From Octopus vulgaris (taxonomy: Eukaryota), in contig OX597822.1 of the NCBI GenBank assembly GCA_951406725.2, positions 63,674,001 to 63,738,000 on the forward strand: a stretch of 64,000 bases of DNA, read 5' to 3'. Shown piece by piece: positions 1 through 15,247 of this stretch (positions are counted from its first letter, which is position 1; every line of letters starts with the position of its first letter). Under the pieces are notes generated by a model. It made no database searches, was not told the DNA's origin, and saw only the letters and a program-made list of their open reading frames with translations. Made by a program: the position numbers and the translations under genes.

Positions 1-2267
1 TAAAGCGACGAGCTTGGCTAAATCGTTAGCATGCCAAACAAAAATGCCCAGTGGCATTTCTTCCGGTTCTTTTCGTTCTGAGTTCAAATTCCTCCGAGGT
101 CCACTTTGCCTTGCACCTGTTCGGGGTCGATAAAATATGTATCCTTTCTACTCTTGGCACAAAGTCCGAAATTTTTGGAGAGTGGGGAGGCAGTCAATTG
201 GATCTGGTACTTAATTTATCGACCCCGAAAGGATGAAAGGCAAAGTCGACCTCGGCGGGATTTGAACTCAGAACGTAGCGGCAGATGAAATACGGCTACG
301 CATTTCGCCCAGCGTACTAACTTTTCTTATTTCTTTACTGCCTACAGGGGGCGGAAACACACCAGCATTGGTTGTCAAGCGATGTTGGGGGGACAACCAC
401 AAACATACACATATATACACGGCGGGCTTCTTTCAGTTTCCATCTACCAAATCCACTCACAAGGCTTTGGTCGGTCCGAGGCTATAGTAGAAGACACTTG
501 CCCAAGGTGCCACGCAGTGGGACTGAACCTGGTTTGTAAGCAAGCTGTGGATCTTGTTAAATTTCTTCCCTCGGCATACAAAACTACAAAAATAATCTAG
601 TTTAAATTTGAAATACTTGTAGTGGTCACAAGAAATCTAAGAAGATCCCAAATGTGTTCGTCCCCACTTTTTTTAAAGATAGTGGTAATGTGATTTGAGG
701 GAGATGTGGTATTATATCTAGCAAATCAAGTGAGCGTGTAGAGGGAGACAATGGTGGCTCTCATATAATGTCGATATGGAAACCAACAGCCGTTTAAATT
801 CTGTCACCATAACACCAGAAGTATATTCGTTTCATGCTTTGGATCTTCCTAATAAAGGGAAGCCTGGTTGCCTTTGACATGTTCCATTTTACTACTACAT
901 TTTCCCCGATAATTAAATACAAACGCTATCTTCCAACGCCCACCTCCTCCTGCTTCCAAAATCGGTCCCATGCCGCCGGGAACCCTCTCTTCCCCTCAGC
1001 CTGGAGGTGGGTGAATAAAAGAAGATTCGCAGTCCACAAATCAACTTGCTATTTGCTTCAAGAAAGAAGAAACTTCGGTGAAAAAGAAAAAAAGAAAGAA
1101 AAACAGTTCATTTGTGAAAGATGATTAAAAAAAAAATTTTGTATGTCTGTCTTCCATATGAACACGATTGGTACATTCTTCTCATATTGTATGGTATTCT
1201 TCGAATTTTATCACTGAAACTCCATTCGCTGAGTTAGCTGGGTAACACTACTTCCTCGTTTAGCAATCGTTTTTATTTTGTCATACTCCAGTAATAACAA
1301 AAATAAATAACGATTCCGATTGTATGTTTAAACTTTCTGTTCGCTGAAAAGCGTAATGTGACCTGGAGGAAGTGAAGGAAAAATAGCCAACATAAACGAA
1401 AACTTAAGAGAAGTAGCGGGGAGAGGAGGGAAAGAGAGACTGAGAGAGAAAGTGGAGGCGGGGGCAGAATCTAGTGAAATTATGTGGCACCAACGAATTT
1501 ACAGAGAGGAACTTCCTACGTGGTCGCTCGACCAGACAGAAATAGCTACAAAACCTCCCTCAAATAACTCTATTGTCTTAAAAATCACCAATTCTTTCTT
1601 TTCACCAATAGGCGTATTGTGACCTAGAGGAATTGCAAAAAATAAAAGCTTACACAGAGAAAACTTAGAGAGAGTGCGGGAGATAATGAGCGAAATTCTG
1701 AGGCATCAACGAATTTAAAGAGAGGGAAGGGTATTTGCGTAGTCGTTCGGCATGCTAGAAATAGCTACCAAATCTCTCACAAAGCACACCGTATTGTCTT
1801 TAAAAAAAATAAATATAGTATACATAGAATGATGTAGTCCTAGACATATTGTTTCTGATAACAATCCGTCGTTGTCACAACTGGAAAATTTTTGATCATA
1901 GGGTCTGCTCTGCTCAACTAGGGCCTGACCGCTGGATTAAACAAATTCCAGTCTTTTATGATGTGGCGGTATTTCAGCGGATCTTTTTCCTTTTGATGGA
2001 CGGAATTTCTAGTTAACTAAACAATTACAGTTAATAATAATTACAGCTAAACATTATAGCTAATAATAATTCATAATTCTTTCTAATACAGACACAAGGC
2101 TTGAAATTTTTTGGGGGGCGGGGGGATGTGTTAAGTCGATTGTATCAACTCCAGTACTTGACTGGTATTTAATTTATTCTATCGAGCCCGAAAGGATGGA
2201 AGGCAAAGTCAACCTCGGCGGGATTTGAACTCAGAACTAATAGCCGAGAGAAACGCCGTTATGTATT

Positions 2268-2465
2268 CCCCGCCATATCGCGGTTTATTAAGTCTATGTC
2301 GATTCCTCCGTGGTGTTTTTGTTTTGCGTTTATAATAAAAAAAATATAGATACAAATTATAGAAATAATAATAAAAATATACAGTACTGTTTCTACTTCG
2401 CGGATTCTCACGTATCTCGGAGACTTTTGGAACGTAACACCCGCGATAGTCGAGGGATTACTGTA
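2268..2465. mobile_element. Tigger/pogo-like MITE fragment
   Basis: Ends CGCGATAGTCGAGGGATTACTG-TA, with a partial inverted match CCCCGCCATATCGCG at the left. Confidence 0.45.
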
Positions 2466-2738
2466 ATAATTTGTTAATAGAAGTATGTGTGTGTGTGTGT
2501 GTAATCACTTTATATATGATTATGGGTTCGCACTGGGGTGGGTTGCAATGGAGAAACAAAAACGAAAAAATAAAAAAATCCTCAATCATATTGAGTGGGG
2601 GGTAATATCATGAGTTTTTGCGAGTTAGTACTCAGATATTCTGAGTTATCCGATGAACGAGAACAAAAAGCTCAGCTTTAAATAAGTGTATATAAATAGC
2701 ATTATATATTATAAATAGATACTTGAAAGCCGAGTGAG

Positions 2739-2795
<57 letters not shown>

Positions 2796-3061
2796 CTGGG
2801 GGCGGTGTTGGTGGAGGTAGGTAACATTCTAAGGGTGTACCAAAGAGACAGGAAAGAGTGGGTGGGAGGGAATGGCTGTTGCGCGCACGCGCGTATGGAA
2901 AACTGATGGGTTTCGAAAATACTTTTACGATTCTTTGGTTTCTTGTTCTCTTTTCACGTAGCAGTTTGTTATACGTACATCTGTCTGTCTGTCTATATAT
3001 ATATATCTGTCTATCTATCTATATATCTATCTATCTATCTATCTATCTGTCTGTCTATCTG

Positions 3062-3162
<101 letters not shown>

Positions 3163-3469
3163 GTATCTATCTGTCTGTCCGTCAATCTATCTGTCTGTCT
3201 GTCTTATACAGGCATACCTCAATTAACGTGTTTTCGACTTCACGGTTTTTAAAAATTAATAGGAAAAAGAAACCTCAATTAGAGTTAATTGATCCGACTT
3301 TACGTCGGTCTTAGCGAATATATTTAAAATCATAAACATTGAAAAGAAAAAAAAAAAACATCACCATAAAACCCGTACTAAAGTGGAAAAATCAAATAAA
3401 ATACACGTAAAAAATATGTACAAACAATTTATTAAAACAGGTGCAAGGTAAATAACTTTTTTCAAACGT

Positions 3470-3560
3470 TTTTTCTTCTCTTCCGTGTTACGTCGCTTTT
3501 TGAGTTGAGTCGAGTCGCACGTCCTTGGAACAAAATACCGATGTAAGTTGAGGTATGCCT
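3470..3560 (+). promoter_or_regulatory. Candidate promoter / non-coding first exon of the FAM214 gene
   Basis: Locally CpG-rich unique sequence (TTCCGTGTTACGTCG...GTCGAGTCGCACGTCC) followed by donor-like GTAAGT (3543) and GTATGC (3553). The exon at 18503 has an acceptor, so an upstream exon is required. Not proven. Confidence 0.3.
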
Positions 3561-3696
3561 TTGTGTACACACACACACGCACACATCAGCCTGTGGTTGT
3601 TATCTTTCTTGCCCCACCGCCCCACGCTCACACACGCTTACCCTTGCGCATAAACCCTTTCCCCATCGCATCACCCCCTCGTCATCCGTCCGTTAC

Positions 3697-3733
<37 letters not shown>

Positions 3734-4179
3734 CCTTTCACACTAATGTCTTCCTTCCTTCATTTTTATTACCACTCTATCCCCGCCCTTATTCAACCAC
3801 TACCACCACCACCACCACCACTACTACCACTACAATCAGGCACTGCATTTACTTACTGTAGTGGTTATTAAGTATTGCGTTTCTGTCGGCGGTGCAGTTT
3901 CTGGGAATAGCAGCAACGAAAATTCACCCGTAGTAGTAGTGGTGGTAGTGGTAGTAGCAGCAGCAGCAGCATAGCTTAACAGGTCTTTCCCCTGACGGGT
4001 TTTCTTCCTCTTTATTTGTCCTCCTCCAGTGCGTGGTGGCGGTGGAGTTGACGTTGTTGGAAATTGAAGAGACGAGATACAAAGAAAATTGCCAACATTA
4101 TTATATAAATTTCTTTCCAGTTTAAAAAATGTGAATAATTAAAAAAAATAGTCTTCCACCCTTGCATCTGCTGCTGCTG

Positions 4180-4212
<33 letters not shown>

Positions 4213-6472
4213 TAGCCCCCCATCCACCCACCCACTTGTAACACCCTCACCACCATCAGGTTGTGCCTCTGTCGCCGCTGCTCCCGACGCCAGTACGAGC
4301 ACTTCAGTCAATTCCACCACCACCAACAACAACAGCAACACTAATAATAATATTACGACTGCTATTCTATCAACGTCGTTACCACCACCACCACCACCAC
4401 CACCACCACCACCATCATCTTAGCCTCTTCCACCAGATTCCACCCCTACCATCATCAATATCCCCACCATCATTATCTTAGCCACTTTCATCACATACCA
4501 TCACCACCACCACCACCTCTGTACTCATGATCCAGTCTTGCTAAATAAAATGGTTATAAGGGATCTGAATTTATGCGAAAAGTTAAAAGTTATTAAATGG
4601 GCGAAATATAGAAGAATATTTTTTAACATCAACTTAAACCATTGTAAATATCAGAGATATTTTTATAAATAGTTTCTAAATATGTCTGATATGCATTTAA
4701 AAAAAAATTGCCCTAATTCGTTTGTTATTGGTATGTGGAATTATAACAAACAAAAACTAAATCTTGTTTCGTTTCATATATCTTGTAATATCTATATATT
4801 TCTTTTGCGAATTATTTATAACTTTGAATAAAGCAAGTACATACATTATAAACCACATCTCAGTATTTGTATGATGTAAAGAAAATTGAGATCTTGGTGT
4901 TGTTCTTTCGTTATTGGTACGTGTAATTATATAACAACGAAAACTAAATCGTGTTTCGTTTTATGATTTCGGTTTTTGTATATTTCTTTCGCGTATTATT
5001 TACAACTTTGAATAAACACTAATTATACAATACAAATCGTATTCCAGTCTTTACACGATTTATAAAAAATTGAGATCATGGTAATTTTAAAAATAATTTC
5101 TGGTAATTTTTAAATAATCTTAACAACGTAAATCACAATATACACAAATTTTTAATATTGTAATCCAGAAAATTATATCAAAGAATAAGCAGTTGTGCAT
5201 TTGTCGCAAAAAAGCGAAACAAAATAAGGAACCACCCCACAAAAAAAAAACCCCCTTTGCAGAATCCTAATTTTTTAAATGAAGCAAATTACCAATAAAT
5301 TGCAAGGTTATTTCCCAATTTCAATTAATGAAGTTAGATTATATACATAATTTTCTTTCTCTTTGCTTATACTACAGAAACAAACATTTGTGCTTGGCTA
5401 GTTTGACGAAGTGAAACTGGTACATTAAAAACGTGAAATCGGGACATTAAAAATAATACTACAAACGCAAAGTGAACATGTTCGCTCTGAGTTCAAATCT
5501 CACCGAAGTCAACTTTGCTTTTTTTCACTTTCTTTCAAGGGTCGATAGAAAAAAAGCACGTACGAGGTTTCCAGCTTGAGCATACCATTCCTCTTATCCT
5601 CTTCTCCTTCACACTAATCTGTGCGGCTCCGTAATGGGTGATGGCCACTAAATTCACCTACTGACAGTACCATCTTAAGGCATGGACACACTGGGCAATT
5701 TATCCAGGAGCCTCTCGGGTCTAGGGGCTCAATTTGGATGGATCTATATATGCTGTGGCTTGCTGTCAATAAATAAATGATATCGGGCCCAGTGCATAGA
5801 TTCTCCCGTGGGTGGGTCTTATAATACTGTTCAGAGATAAGGAAAACTTTCAAAGCCCCTGATACTAACATATTCACGTGCATTTGTGTAATATGCTTTG
5901 CATAAATGGGGCAAAATTTCAATAAAAGGGCCAAGATAATTAAAATTAGATCTGAATAAGGTGTTGTTAGGTTATATAAGAAAAACACTAGTATGATCAT
6001 AAAATGTCCACCACAATCATCATCATTACCATCAGCGCTACAACAACCACAACCACCGTCGTCACCACCACCGCCGCCGCCACCACCACCACCACCACCA
6101 CCACCACCACCACCACAGTTATGTGTTTGTGATTAAAAGTCCTTTAAATTTTGGAGTTTCTGTAATCTAAATTCTCCCTCCATCCGAACGACCTTCTCTC
6201 CAGTGCGCACCCCCCCCACCTCACCAATCTGTTATACCCCGCCCCTTTCATCGAACTTCCTTCAATCTCCCCCCCATTCTTTCTCCCTCCCTCCTTCTCA
6301 TTCTTTCTTTCTTTCTTTCTCTTTCTTCTCTTTCAGTAAAAGCTTGCCTCCAATAGTTTTCTATTTTCTTATCTCCACCACCTCATATCGTTACATCGAG
6401 TTCCTGTTATCGATATTTCTCAAACCTTCATTGATCTCTATCTCTCCCCGCCCTACCCCACCCCCACCTCGC

Positions 6473-6503
<31 letters not shown>

Positions 6504-8749
6504 CATCTCCCAATATTTTCTACATGAACCGCAGCAACACTTTCTTTCCTTCACGGCAACCACCTCATGGATTCTATTATTTTTGTCGAGCAAACTGTGT
6601 GACTCTTCTCACTTATCTTTGCTCAATCATCACCACCAACATCATCATCTTTCTCCTCCTCCTCCTCATCATCATCATCATCAGCAGCAGCAGTAGTAGC
6701 AGCAGCAGCAGTAGCAGGAGGAGGAGGAGGAGGAGGAGGAGTGGTAGCACAACGTAAACAGCAACAGCGATATATCAACACTGTCAACAACAACAATTTA
6801 TCAACACTATCAACAACAACACCACTAACAACAAAGCCAATGACATCAACAGTTAACAATAACAACAACAACAATATATTAACTCTGGCAACACCTACAG
6901 CTATACATCAACACTGTCAGTAACAACATGAACCTGCTCAGTCAAGCATGGCCTGGGGTTAAATAGCAATAATAACAACAAAAACAACAAGCACTCTGCT
7001 GTTTTCTGTTCGTGTCAATGTTTCCAAATTGTCAATTAATCAAATTGTTTTGACCGCAACAGCCTGAACCACCAAAGACATTTGTCAACAGATGACCATA
7101 CGATCATGAGATACACGTGTCCTACTCATTTTTCAACTGTCATTGCAGGTATGTTTGTCATCTGTTTCTGTCAGCGTCAATTTTTTTCGCCCCCATTGTT
7201 GTGTTTGACACGTATGACAGGTGTCAGCAAATGCATACCACCTGCATCACCAGAAGTAAATATTTTGTTTGTGAAGGTGCACCTGACGTGTTGTCGTCAA
7301 ACGGATGTGTTGCCGAAGGTGTGTGTTGAATGTACGTAAAGGTGAAGGTACATGTGTGTCAAGCGTACGGTTATTTGTCAAAGACAAATGTGCTGTCAAA
7401 ATATCATCATCATCATCATCATCTTCATCATCGTTTAACGTCCGCATTCCATGCTTGCATGGGTTGGACGGTTTGACTGAAGGCTGGCGAACCAGAAGGC
7501 TGCGCCAGTCTCCGATCTGATCTGATCTGGCAAAGTTTCTACAGCTGGATGCCCTTCCTAACGCCAACCACTCCGAGAGTGTAGTGGGTGCTTTTGCGTG
7601 CCACCAGCACGAGGGTCAGTCAGGCGGTACTGGCATCGGTCACGCTCATATTCACAATTATAAACGATGAAGGTACACGTGTTGTGAAAGGTGTATCTAT
7701 TGACGAAGGTAACTTGCGTTGTCAGAGATATGTATATTATTGAAGGAACATGTTTTGATGAAGGAAAATGTGTTGTCAAAGGCACATATGTTGATGACAG
7801 TATATGTTGACAAAGATAGCTATGCTGTCAAAGGTAAATATGTTGTCAAAAGTGCATCTATTTACAATTATACATGTTTTGAAAGTTATACGTATTGATG
7901 AGAGTACATATAATCGTGTAAATTGTGTTACATCCAAGTTACATTTATCAAAGGTAAAACTATATCGTCACAATTACATTTGAAAGGACAGTAGGTCTAT
8001 GCTTCGACTGATACATGTCCTCTCTTAGGAACAAGTCTCCAGAGTTACATATATGTCAGCATAGGTTCATAAGTGTTTCCATAGGTACGTATGTGTCCCA
8101 TAAGTCCATCTGTATCACCATAGGTAGATCTGTATCATCATAAATACATGTGTGTCCTATAGGTATATTTCTGTCAACATATGTGCCTCACCATAGACAT
8201 AAGTTTTACTATGGGTGTCCTTGTTGGTACATGTTTCTCTAACGATATACCTGTGTCACAGTAAGGACTTAAATACCTCTGTATGTACCTCTGTGTACCA
8301 TAAGTACATTTGTATCACACGAGGTACATCTGTGTTATCCTAGGCATATTTGTGTTCTTAGGTGTTTATCTGTCATCATGTTACATTTAGGTGCATTTGT
8401 GTCATCATAAATGTATAAATTTCTTCATATGTACATCTGTAACTCATAGGTGTCTCATAGAGACGTAAGTTCCCCAGAGGTACATGTTCCTGTAGGTACA
8501 TCTGTCATTAGAGATTATACCTGCGTTGCTATAGCTACACATGTATCTTCAGAAGCATATGCGTTTCAGCAGTACATTTGTATCACCAGATGAAAGTCTG
8601 TTACATTAGAAGTATATGCATACCGTTAGAAATACAACTATGTCAGTGCAAGTCTGTTATTAGATGTACATTTGTAGCATGAGATGTACAACTGTATCAG
8701 TTGATGTGCATCTATTTTACAACAGTTACAACTGTGTCACCAGAATTAT

Positions 8750-9435
8750 TACAAGTATAACTGTGTCTCGGCAGATACAAATTTCAGTGGAGGGAGGGGG
8801 CATCTATTTGACAAATGTAACTGTCACAGCAGGAACAACTGTTATCAGGGGTTGTATATATGTCACAAACATAACTGTTTCAGTGGATACAACTGTCACC
8901 AGTGGGAGGGGGAATCTAAAACACAAACATAACCGTGTCAAAGCAGATAGAACTGTCACTTGGGAATGCATCTGTATCACAAACATAATTGTGTCACAAC
9001 AGATACAGCTTTCACTAGGGGCTGCATTTGTATCACAAACATAACTGTGTCACAGTAAATACAGCTGTCACTAGAGGTTGCATCTATATCATAAACATAA
9101 CTGTGTCACAACAGATACAGCTGTCACTAGAGGTTGCATCTATATCATAAACATAACTGTGTCACAACAGATACAGCTGTCACTAGGGGCTGCATTTGTA
9201 TCACAAACATAACTGTGTCACAACAGATACAGCTGTCTCTAGGGGCTGCATCTAGATCACAAACATAACTGTGTCACAACAGATACACCTGTCTCTAGGG
9301 GCTGCATCTATATCACAAACATAACTGTGTTGCAGCAGATAAAACCGTCACTGGGGGTTGCATCTAAAACAGAAACATAACTGTGTCACAGTAGATTGAA
9401 CTGTCACAAGGGGAGTGCCTTTATGTCACAACAGC
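8750..9435. repeat. 56-bp minisatellite (about 12 copies)
   Basis: Unit CA(C/T)AAACATAACTGTGTCACAACAGATACAGCTGTCACTAG(A/G)GG(C/T)TGCATCTATAT. The 56-bp period was verified between 9090 and 9146. Confidence 0.9.
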
Positions 9436-11039
9436 TGAAACTGAAACCAAATCTTCTTAAAATCATACACTACGTTTTTGAAAAAAATTGAAGGATATGT
9501 TTACATAATATGGTTCCTAGATGCACTATTTTATGCTTAAAAAGAAGATAGACGGAACATGGCTGGAAAATACATTTGATCGTATCTCTTTTCTTATTGT
9601 TAACTGTTAACCCTTTACTTCGTCAAAGCATATTCATAAGTCTCTCCTAAACGTCCAGGCTTGTTTTCAGAATTTTAGTTAGTCGTTCTGAGTAATATAA
9701 AGCTTTCCTTTCATAAGTCTCGACTTACTCCGGTGGTTGAAAGAACAAAATGGTATTGTGTATCATATATGATGCATAGACGCCAGGGGAAAATATCCTG
9801 AGTGTTATATATATTACACAGGAGAGCCAGAGCGTTAAGATGGCCAGGGCAAACACCGAGCGGAATTTGAACTCACAACCTTTTAATAAGCATGCCACTC
9901 ATTTATCCACTCCGATACTGCGACACCTTACATTCTCCATTGTCACCTCCTCTCCCTCTTCTTTTTCTCTCACATACGCACTCATGCTCACACTCACGCT
10001 TACTCTTTCTCTATCTCTTTACGTCGTTCACTCCACTCATCTGTTACTTCTTCACTGTGTATACTTCTATTATTCTTTGCACCCCTCTGTATACATCCCT
10101 CTCTCCTTGTTATCTGTCTGTCTCTCTGTCTCTCTTTCTGTCTGTCTCTCTCTCTCCATACTACACTTCTATATTTTTTACTTGACTTCTCTTTGTTCAC
10201 ACTATGTAAATAACTCGTATTCATACATACGAACAGAAAGCCTCTTACTAAATCATTCGACCTGCTACAATTAGCAGCCAAATCTCCTTCAAATAATACC
10301 TTATTTTCTTGAGAAAGAAGGACATATTCTGACAAAAAAGACGGGATGGTCATAAATGGAACGTTTTTTTTTTTTTTTTTGCTAACCTGGGCTAAACTGC
10401 ATAACCCTAAATCCTTTCTGCAATCTCTCTCATACCCATTCTCTATAATATATATTTATATATGTATGTGTATGTGTGTGTATCTTTCTCTCAACATTTA
10501 TACCTCTCTGTTACGTCATTTCTTACTCCCCCTCAGTCTACATCTCTCTACTTCTCTGACTCCCTCCCCTTCCTCTTCCTTTTCCTCGCTATCAGCTGGG
10601 TGTTTTCTCTGCATATTTTATATTTCCCCTCACAACATTTGCATATGCCCCGCCTTTATCTGTGCTGCTACCTCGCTCCTCCTAATTCGTTTCTACTTCT
10701 ATAAAAGTAGGTGTGTCCATCTGGAGTTTACGTTTTTTTTCTGGAGTGAAAGTAGCAATAATTGTTGTTATTGTTTTTTAATCCAGTTTAGCCCTGATCC
10801 CGAGCTAATTTACAATCAAGAGTGTTTCAACCATGACCATCCCGTCTCTTTTCTTTCTCTCAAATATATTGTACTTCTGGTTACATTATATAATGCGTCC
10901 TTTTTTCAAAAACGGTTTCATGTGATTTTGGAAAGAGCTGATTGCTATTTCTAGCTTCTCGTGCGACCACATAGCGGTTGCCTTGTGATGGGTGTGGTTG
11001 ATAGAAAGAGATAGGTTCTCCCCATTCCTGGCAGACGTA

Positions 11040-11830
11040 CGTACATATATATATATATATCGCACACACAAATATATATGTGCATATATTTATACATACG
11101 CACAAAATAACAAAACAAAACAAATACACGTGTACACATCCATGCTAGCATCACCGCACGCGTACACAATACGTACACGCATACATGCGAAACGCGCATC
11201 AATTATACATGCAAAAATACATAAGCGCACACACGCATACATACGCATATGAAAGCACGCACCCACATAGACAAAAAAACGCATACTCATATATGAAAAG
11301 CTTGCACGCACACACACACGTATAAAAACGCAGACGCACGCACATAAAAATCGCACACACACGCATATAAAAGCGCATACATATACAAATAAACGCATAC
11401 ATGCACGCATATAGAAACGCACACCCACACATATAAAATCGCACACGCACGCATATAAAGGCGATTACGCGTACATAAAAGTACACACGCTCTCATAGAA
11501 AAGGGTGCACATGCACTTGTACAAAAACGTGCACACACACACACCCACTCACACACACACATATACATTAACGCACACATATGCAAAAGGCGCGCACGCA
11601 CGCACGCACGAATCAATATACGTTCACACAAAACGAGTCACGCGCACACGCACATATAAATGCTCACACATAGTAGTGCGCGCGCGCGCACACGCAGAAA
11701 TGCGTGCGCACACATATACTAAAAAGAGTCCACGCCCATCCACACATAAACGAACGGCACACATGAAAAAAATGCGCGCATCCACATTAAAGACACGCAC
11801 GCTTCACACATACAAACTTGTACAGGTCCA
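11040..11830. repeat. Degenerate (CA)/(CG)-rich low-complexity tract
   Basis: Repeating ACGCAC/ACACAT/ATAAAA motifs. Confidence 0.8.
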
Positions 11831-12321
11831 TATAAGCACTCCTTCCCCTATAAACGCACCCACACGTGCCACAACTATTCCAGACCTAGTTTTGAGGTCG
11901 TTGCCTCCAAAACTCCTCCAGTTCCGCCCCTCCTCCACTGCACCGTATTCTTCTTTTCTAGCCTAATTTCTTCTGTCTCTTCTTGCAACCGTTATGATGC
12001 AACAGCAAGCCGTATCTGCTGCTGATGTGTGTTATCATTATTATTATTATGACTTGTTATTTGTTAGGACGATGACGGTGGTGGCGTTGTTGTTGTTGTT
12101 ATTGTTGGCGGCGGCGGCGGCTGTGGTGGCGTTCATCTTCTACCACCCGTGTTTCACGCTATTTCATGCCAGTTATTTATCATATTTACCTTTATTTATC
12201 TATCTAGTTCGATGTTTAAAGCTTTGAGAAGGGTTCCATTCTTTGAGTGTGACGAAGTGAATTAGGGCAGCCAGGGCTTTCAAACTGTCAAATACCAGCA
12301 CAACACTCACTATTCGCCCTC

Positions 12322-12377
<56 letters not shown>

Positions 12378-12822
12378 CTGCAATATTTTGGTTCTCTCTC
12401 TCTCTCGTCGCTGTTTCATAAATGAGAAGAGAAAACGGGCTTTGTATCAATGTGTATATATTCTCCTTTCTTCGCCATGGTGTCGACTAGTTTTAGAATA
12501 TTTTCAGACCATCTTCAATATTTTCTTTTTACTTTTCTTTCTCTCTTTCTTTCTAGCTTTCTCTCTTTTTATTAAAAATAGCAATGTGTTCGCACCCTTT
12601 TCAATCACCTTTGAGAAAAAAACACTGGCTCAGGTTGCATAATGCGTGTATGTGTGCGCGCACACACACATATAATAATAAAAATAATAATGATAATAAT
12701 AATAATAATAATATTAGCAGAAGTAACAGAGTGACTCAAGGTCTGAGAGTTTCTGTTACTCATTAATAAAAATATACATATACTCATATTTTGTGTATGT
12801 TTTTCCTGCTTGCATCAACATA

Positions 12823-12825
<3 letters not shown>

Positions 12826-12870
<45 letters not shown>

Positions 12871-12884
12871 CCCAAATAAGGAAG

Positions 12885-12937
<53 letters not shown>

Positions 12938-13134
12938 TGAAGAATGGGTGTATAGATAAGACTTTTAAGAGAGAACAATACTTTTAGAGAAGAAATTTGA
13001 TTCAGGGTATTGAAAAGTTCAGTGTGTGTGTGTAATATCTATTGGTAGATATAAAACAATTAAAATGCTACTTTACTAATGGCTATAATAATAGATTCAT
13101 TAGAAATGTGAAATGTATATCTTTGTATGTGTGT

Positions 13135-13206
<72 letters not shown>

Positions 13207-13297
13207 ATATAGATAGATTGATATATAGATATATCTATCTATATATCTATCTATGTAGATAGATATATCTATCTATATATCTATCTATCTATCTATG

Positions 13298-13328
<31 letters not shown>

Positions 13329-13857
13329 CATTTAACATATATGGGTATATGTATTCCAGTGAATAAACATTATCTTGTTTTTAGAATGCGATACAAATTA
13401 GTATATGCATAAATATACTTACACACACACACACACACATAATAAACGGTGGTGGTAAGAAAAGCACAAGGTGAAACTTAATAACTTTCACCTTTTGTGA
13501 TGTGTGTGAGGCAAAGATATATGTGTGTGTGTGTGTATGTATATATGTGTATGTGTGTATATGTATGTATATGTGTGTGTGTATATATATATGTACGTAT
13601 ATATATTTGTGTGTATGTGTGTATATGTATGTATATATATGTGTGTGTGTGTATGTGTGTATATATGTAACTATGCTTGTATGTATAGCTATATATTGTC
13701 TATATATGTGTTGTCTCTATATATGTACACACACACATATATATGTGTGTATATATATGTGTATGTGTATATATATGTGTGTATATATATATATATATAT
13801 GTATGTATATATGTATGTATATATGGATGTATATATGTATATGTGTATGTATATATG

Positions 13858-13895
<38 letters not shown>

Positions 13896-14026
13896 TATAT
13901 GTATATGTATATATATGTACATGTATATATATGTATATGTATATGTATATGTATATATATATGTATATATATATATGTATATATATATATATGTATATGT
14001 ATATATATATATTATATATACATGTG

Positions 14027-14067
<41 letters not shown>

Positions 14068-14208
14068 ATATATATATATATGTATATATATATATGTGTA
14101 TATATATATATGTGTATATATATATATATATATGTATGTATATATATGTATATATATTATATATGTGTGTGTGTGTGTATGTGTATATATATATATATAT
14201 ATATTATG

Positions 14209-14239
<31 letters not shown>

Positions 14240-14240
14240 G
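12826..14240. repeat. Compound (TA)n/(TG)n/(TAGA)n microsatellite field
   Basis: Read directly from the sequence; source of several spurious Y/I/C/V/M-rich ORFs. Confidence 0.95.
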
Positions 14241-14496
14241 TATTTGTGTCAGTGCACTAAATTTGAATATCTGTGTCAATGTATGCGAATTTATGCATCT
14301 CGGACGGCAGAAATATACACGTCAGTGCGTAAACACGATAATGTATTCGCGTGTATTTGTTGTGTGTCTGAAACACATGTAAAAACATTATAAGTGCTCG
14401 TGCACCTCAAGCCTCTTCCTACCACTTGATCTAGTTACATACAGTATTACTGCTGCTGTTAATTATCTGCTCCCCTGTGTGTGTTTGTTGTGTTTG

Positions 14497-14528
<32 letters not shown>

Positions 14529-15208
14529 GGTCCCAGATCTGTGATCAAAGTGGTTCCAACCATGACCACTCCACCCCTTTCTTCGACATCATGCATCCAC
14601 TACACCTGTCCGATACTGCTCTCCCACCCTGATTCTACGGTACAAAACTTCCTGTTTTAAAGAGATTTAAATTAAGACATTTCATTAAAAAATCTCGTGC
14701 TAATTTATGCTCGAAAACCCAGTTTAATAATTTAGTTATTTTACCAAATTTCTTCATTAATTTTAAAATTAATAAACAAAGAACATTGTATCTCTGCAGG
14801 AATTTGTAATGAAAATGTTAACGAGATTTGGCTGTTATTTCTAGCAAATCGATCGACTATATAGAGACTTACTGTTCTTATAGATGTTGGTTCCTGTATT
14901 GCGCTAATCGATAAATCTTATTTAGAAGAGATTTATCTGCTATTTCTAGCAGGGTTAATGACCACGCACAGGTTCCTTTATTGGTCCCCACCTCCTCCTT
15001 GTTGATATTGCTACTGTTGTTGAAATCTTTATCACCAACGACGACGACCACCACCACCACCACCACCGCCACCGTCATCATCATCATCATCATAGTATTA
15101 TTTTCCATGAGTATGTATGCTAGAAAACACCCAGCTTGTTGCTATGGATATGGTATCCCCCCATTCCTCTTCCACAAACAGTCAGAAGAAGCATGACTAT
15201 TTGTATAC

Positions 15209-15247
<39 letters not shown>

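Noticed and set aside
5614-6000. 128-aa minus-strand ORF in non-repetitive sequence
   Set aside because: No recognisable motif or clear splice context; may be an old transposon remnant, but this cannot be supported.
13502-14219. Long ORFs (237, 228 and 158 aa) rich in Y/I/C/V/M
   Set aside because: Translations of (TA)/(TG) microsatellite with no coding signal. The same applies to most ORFs at 2.8-3.3, 10.9-12, 17.1-17.8, 25.9-26.5 and 54.4-55.9 kb.
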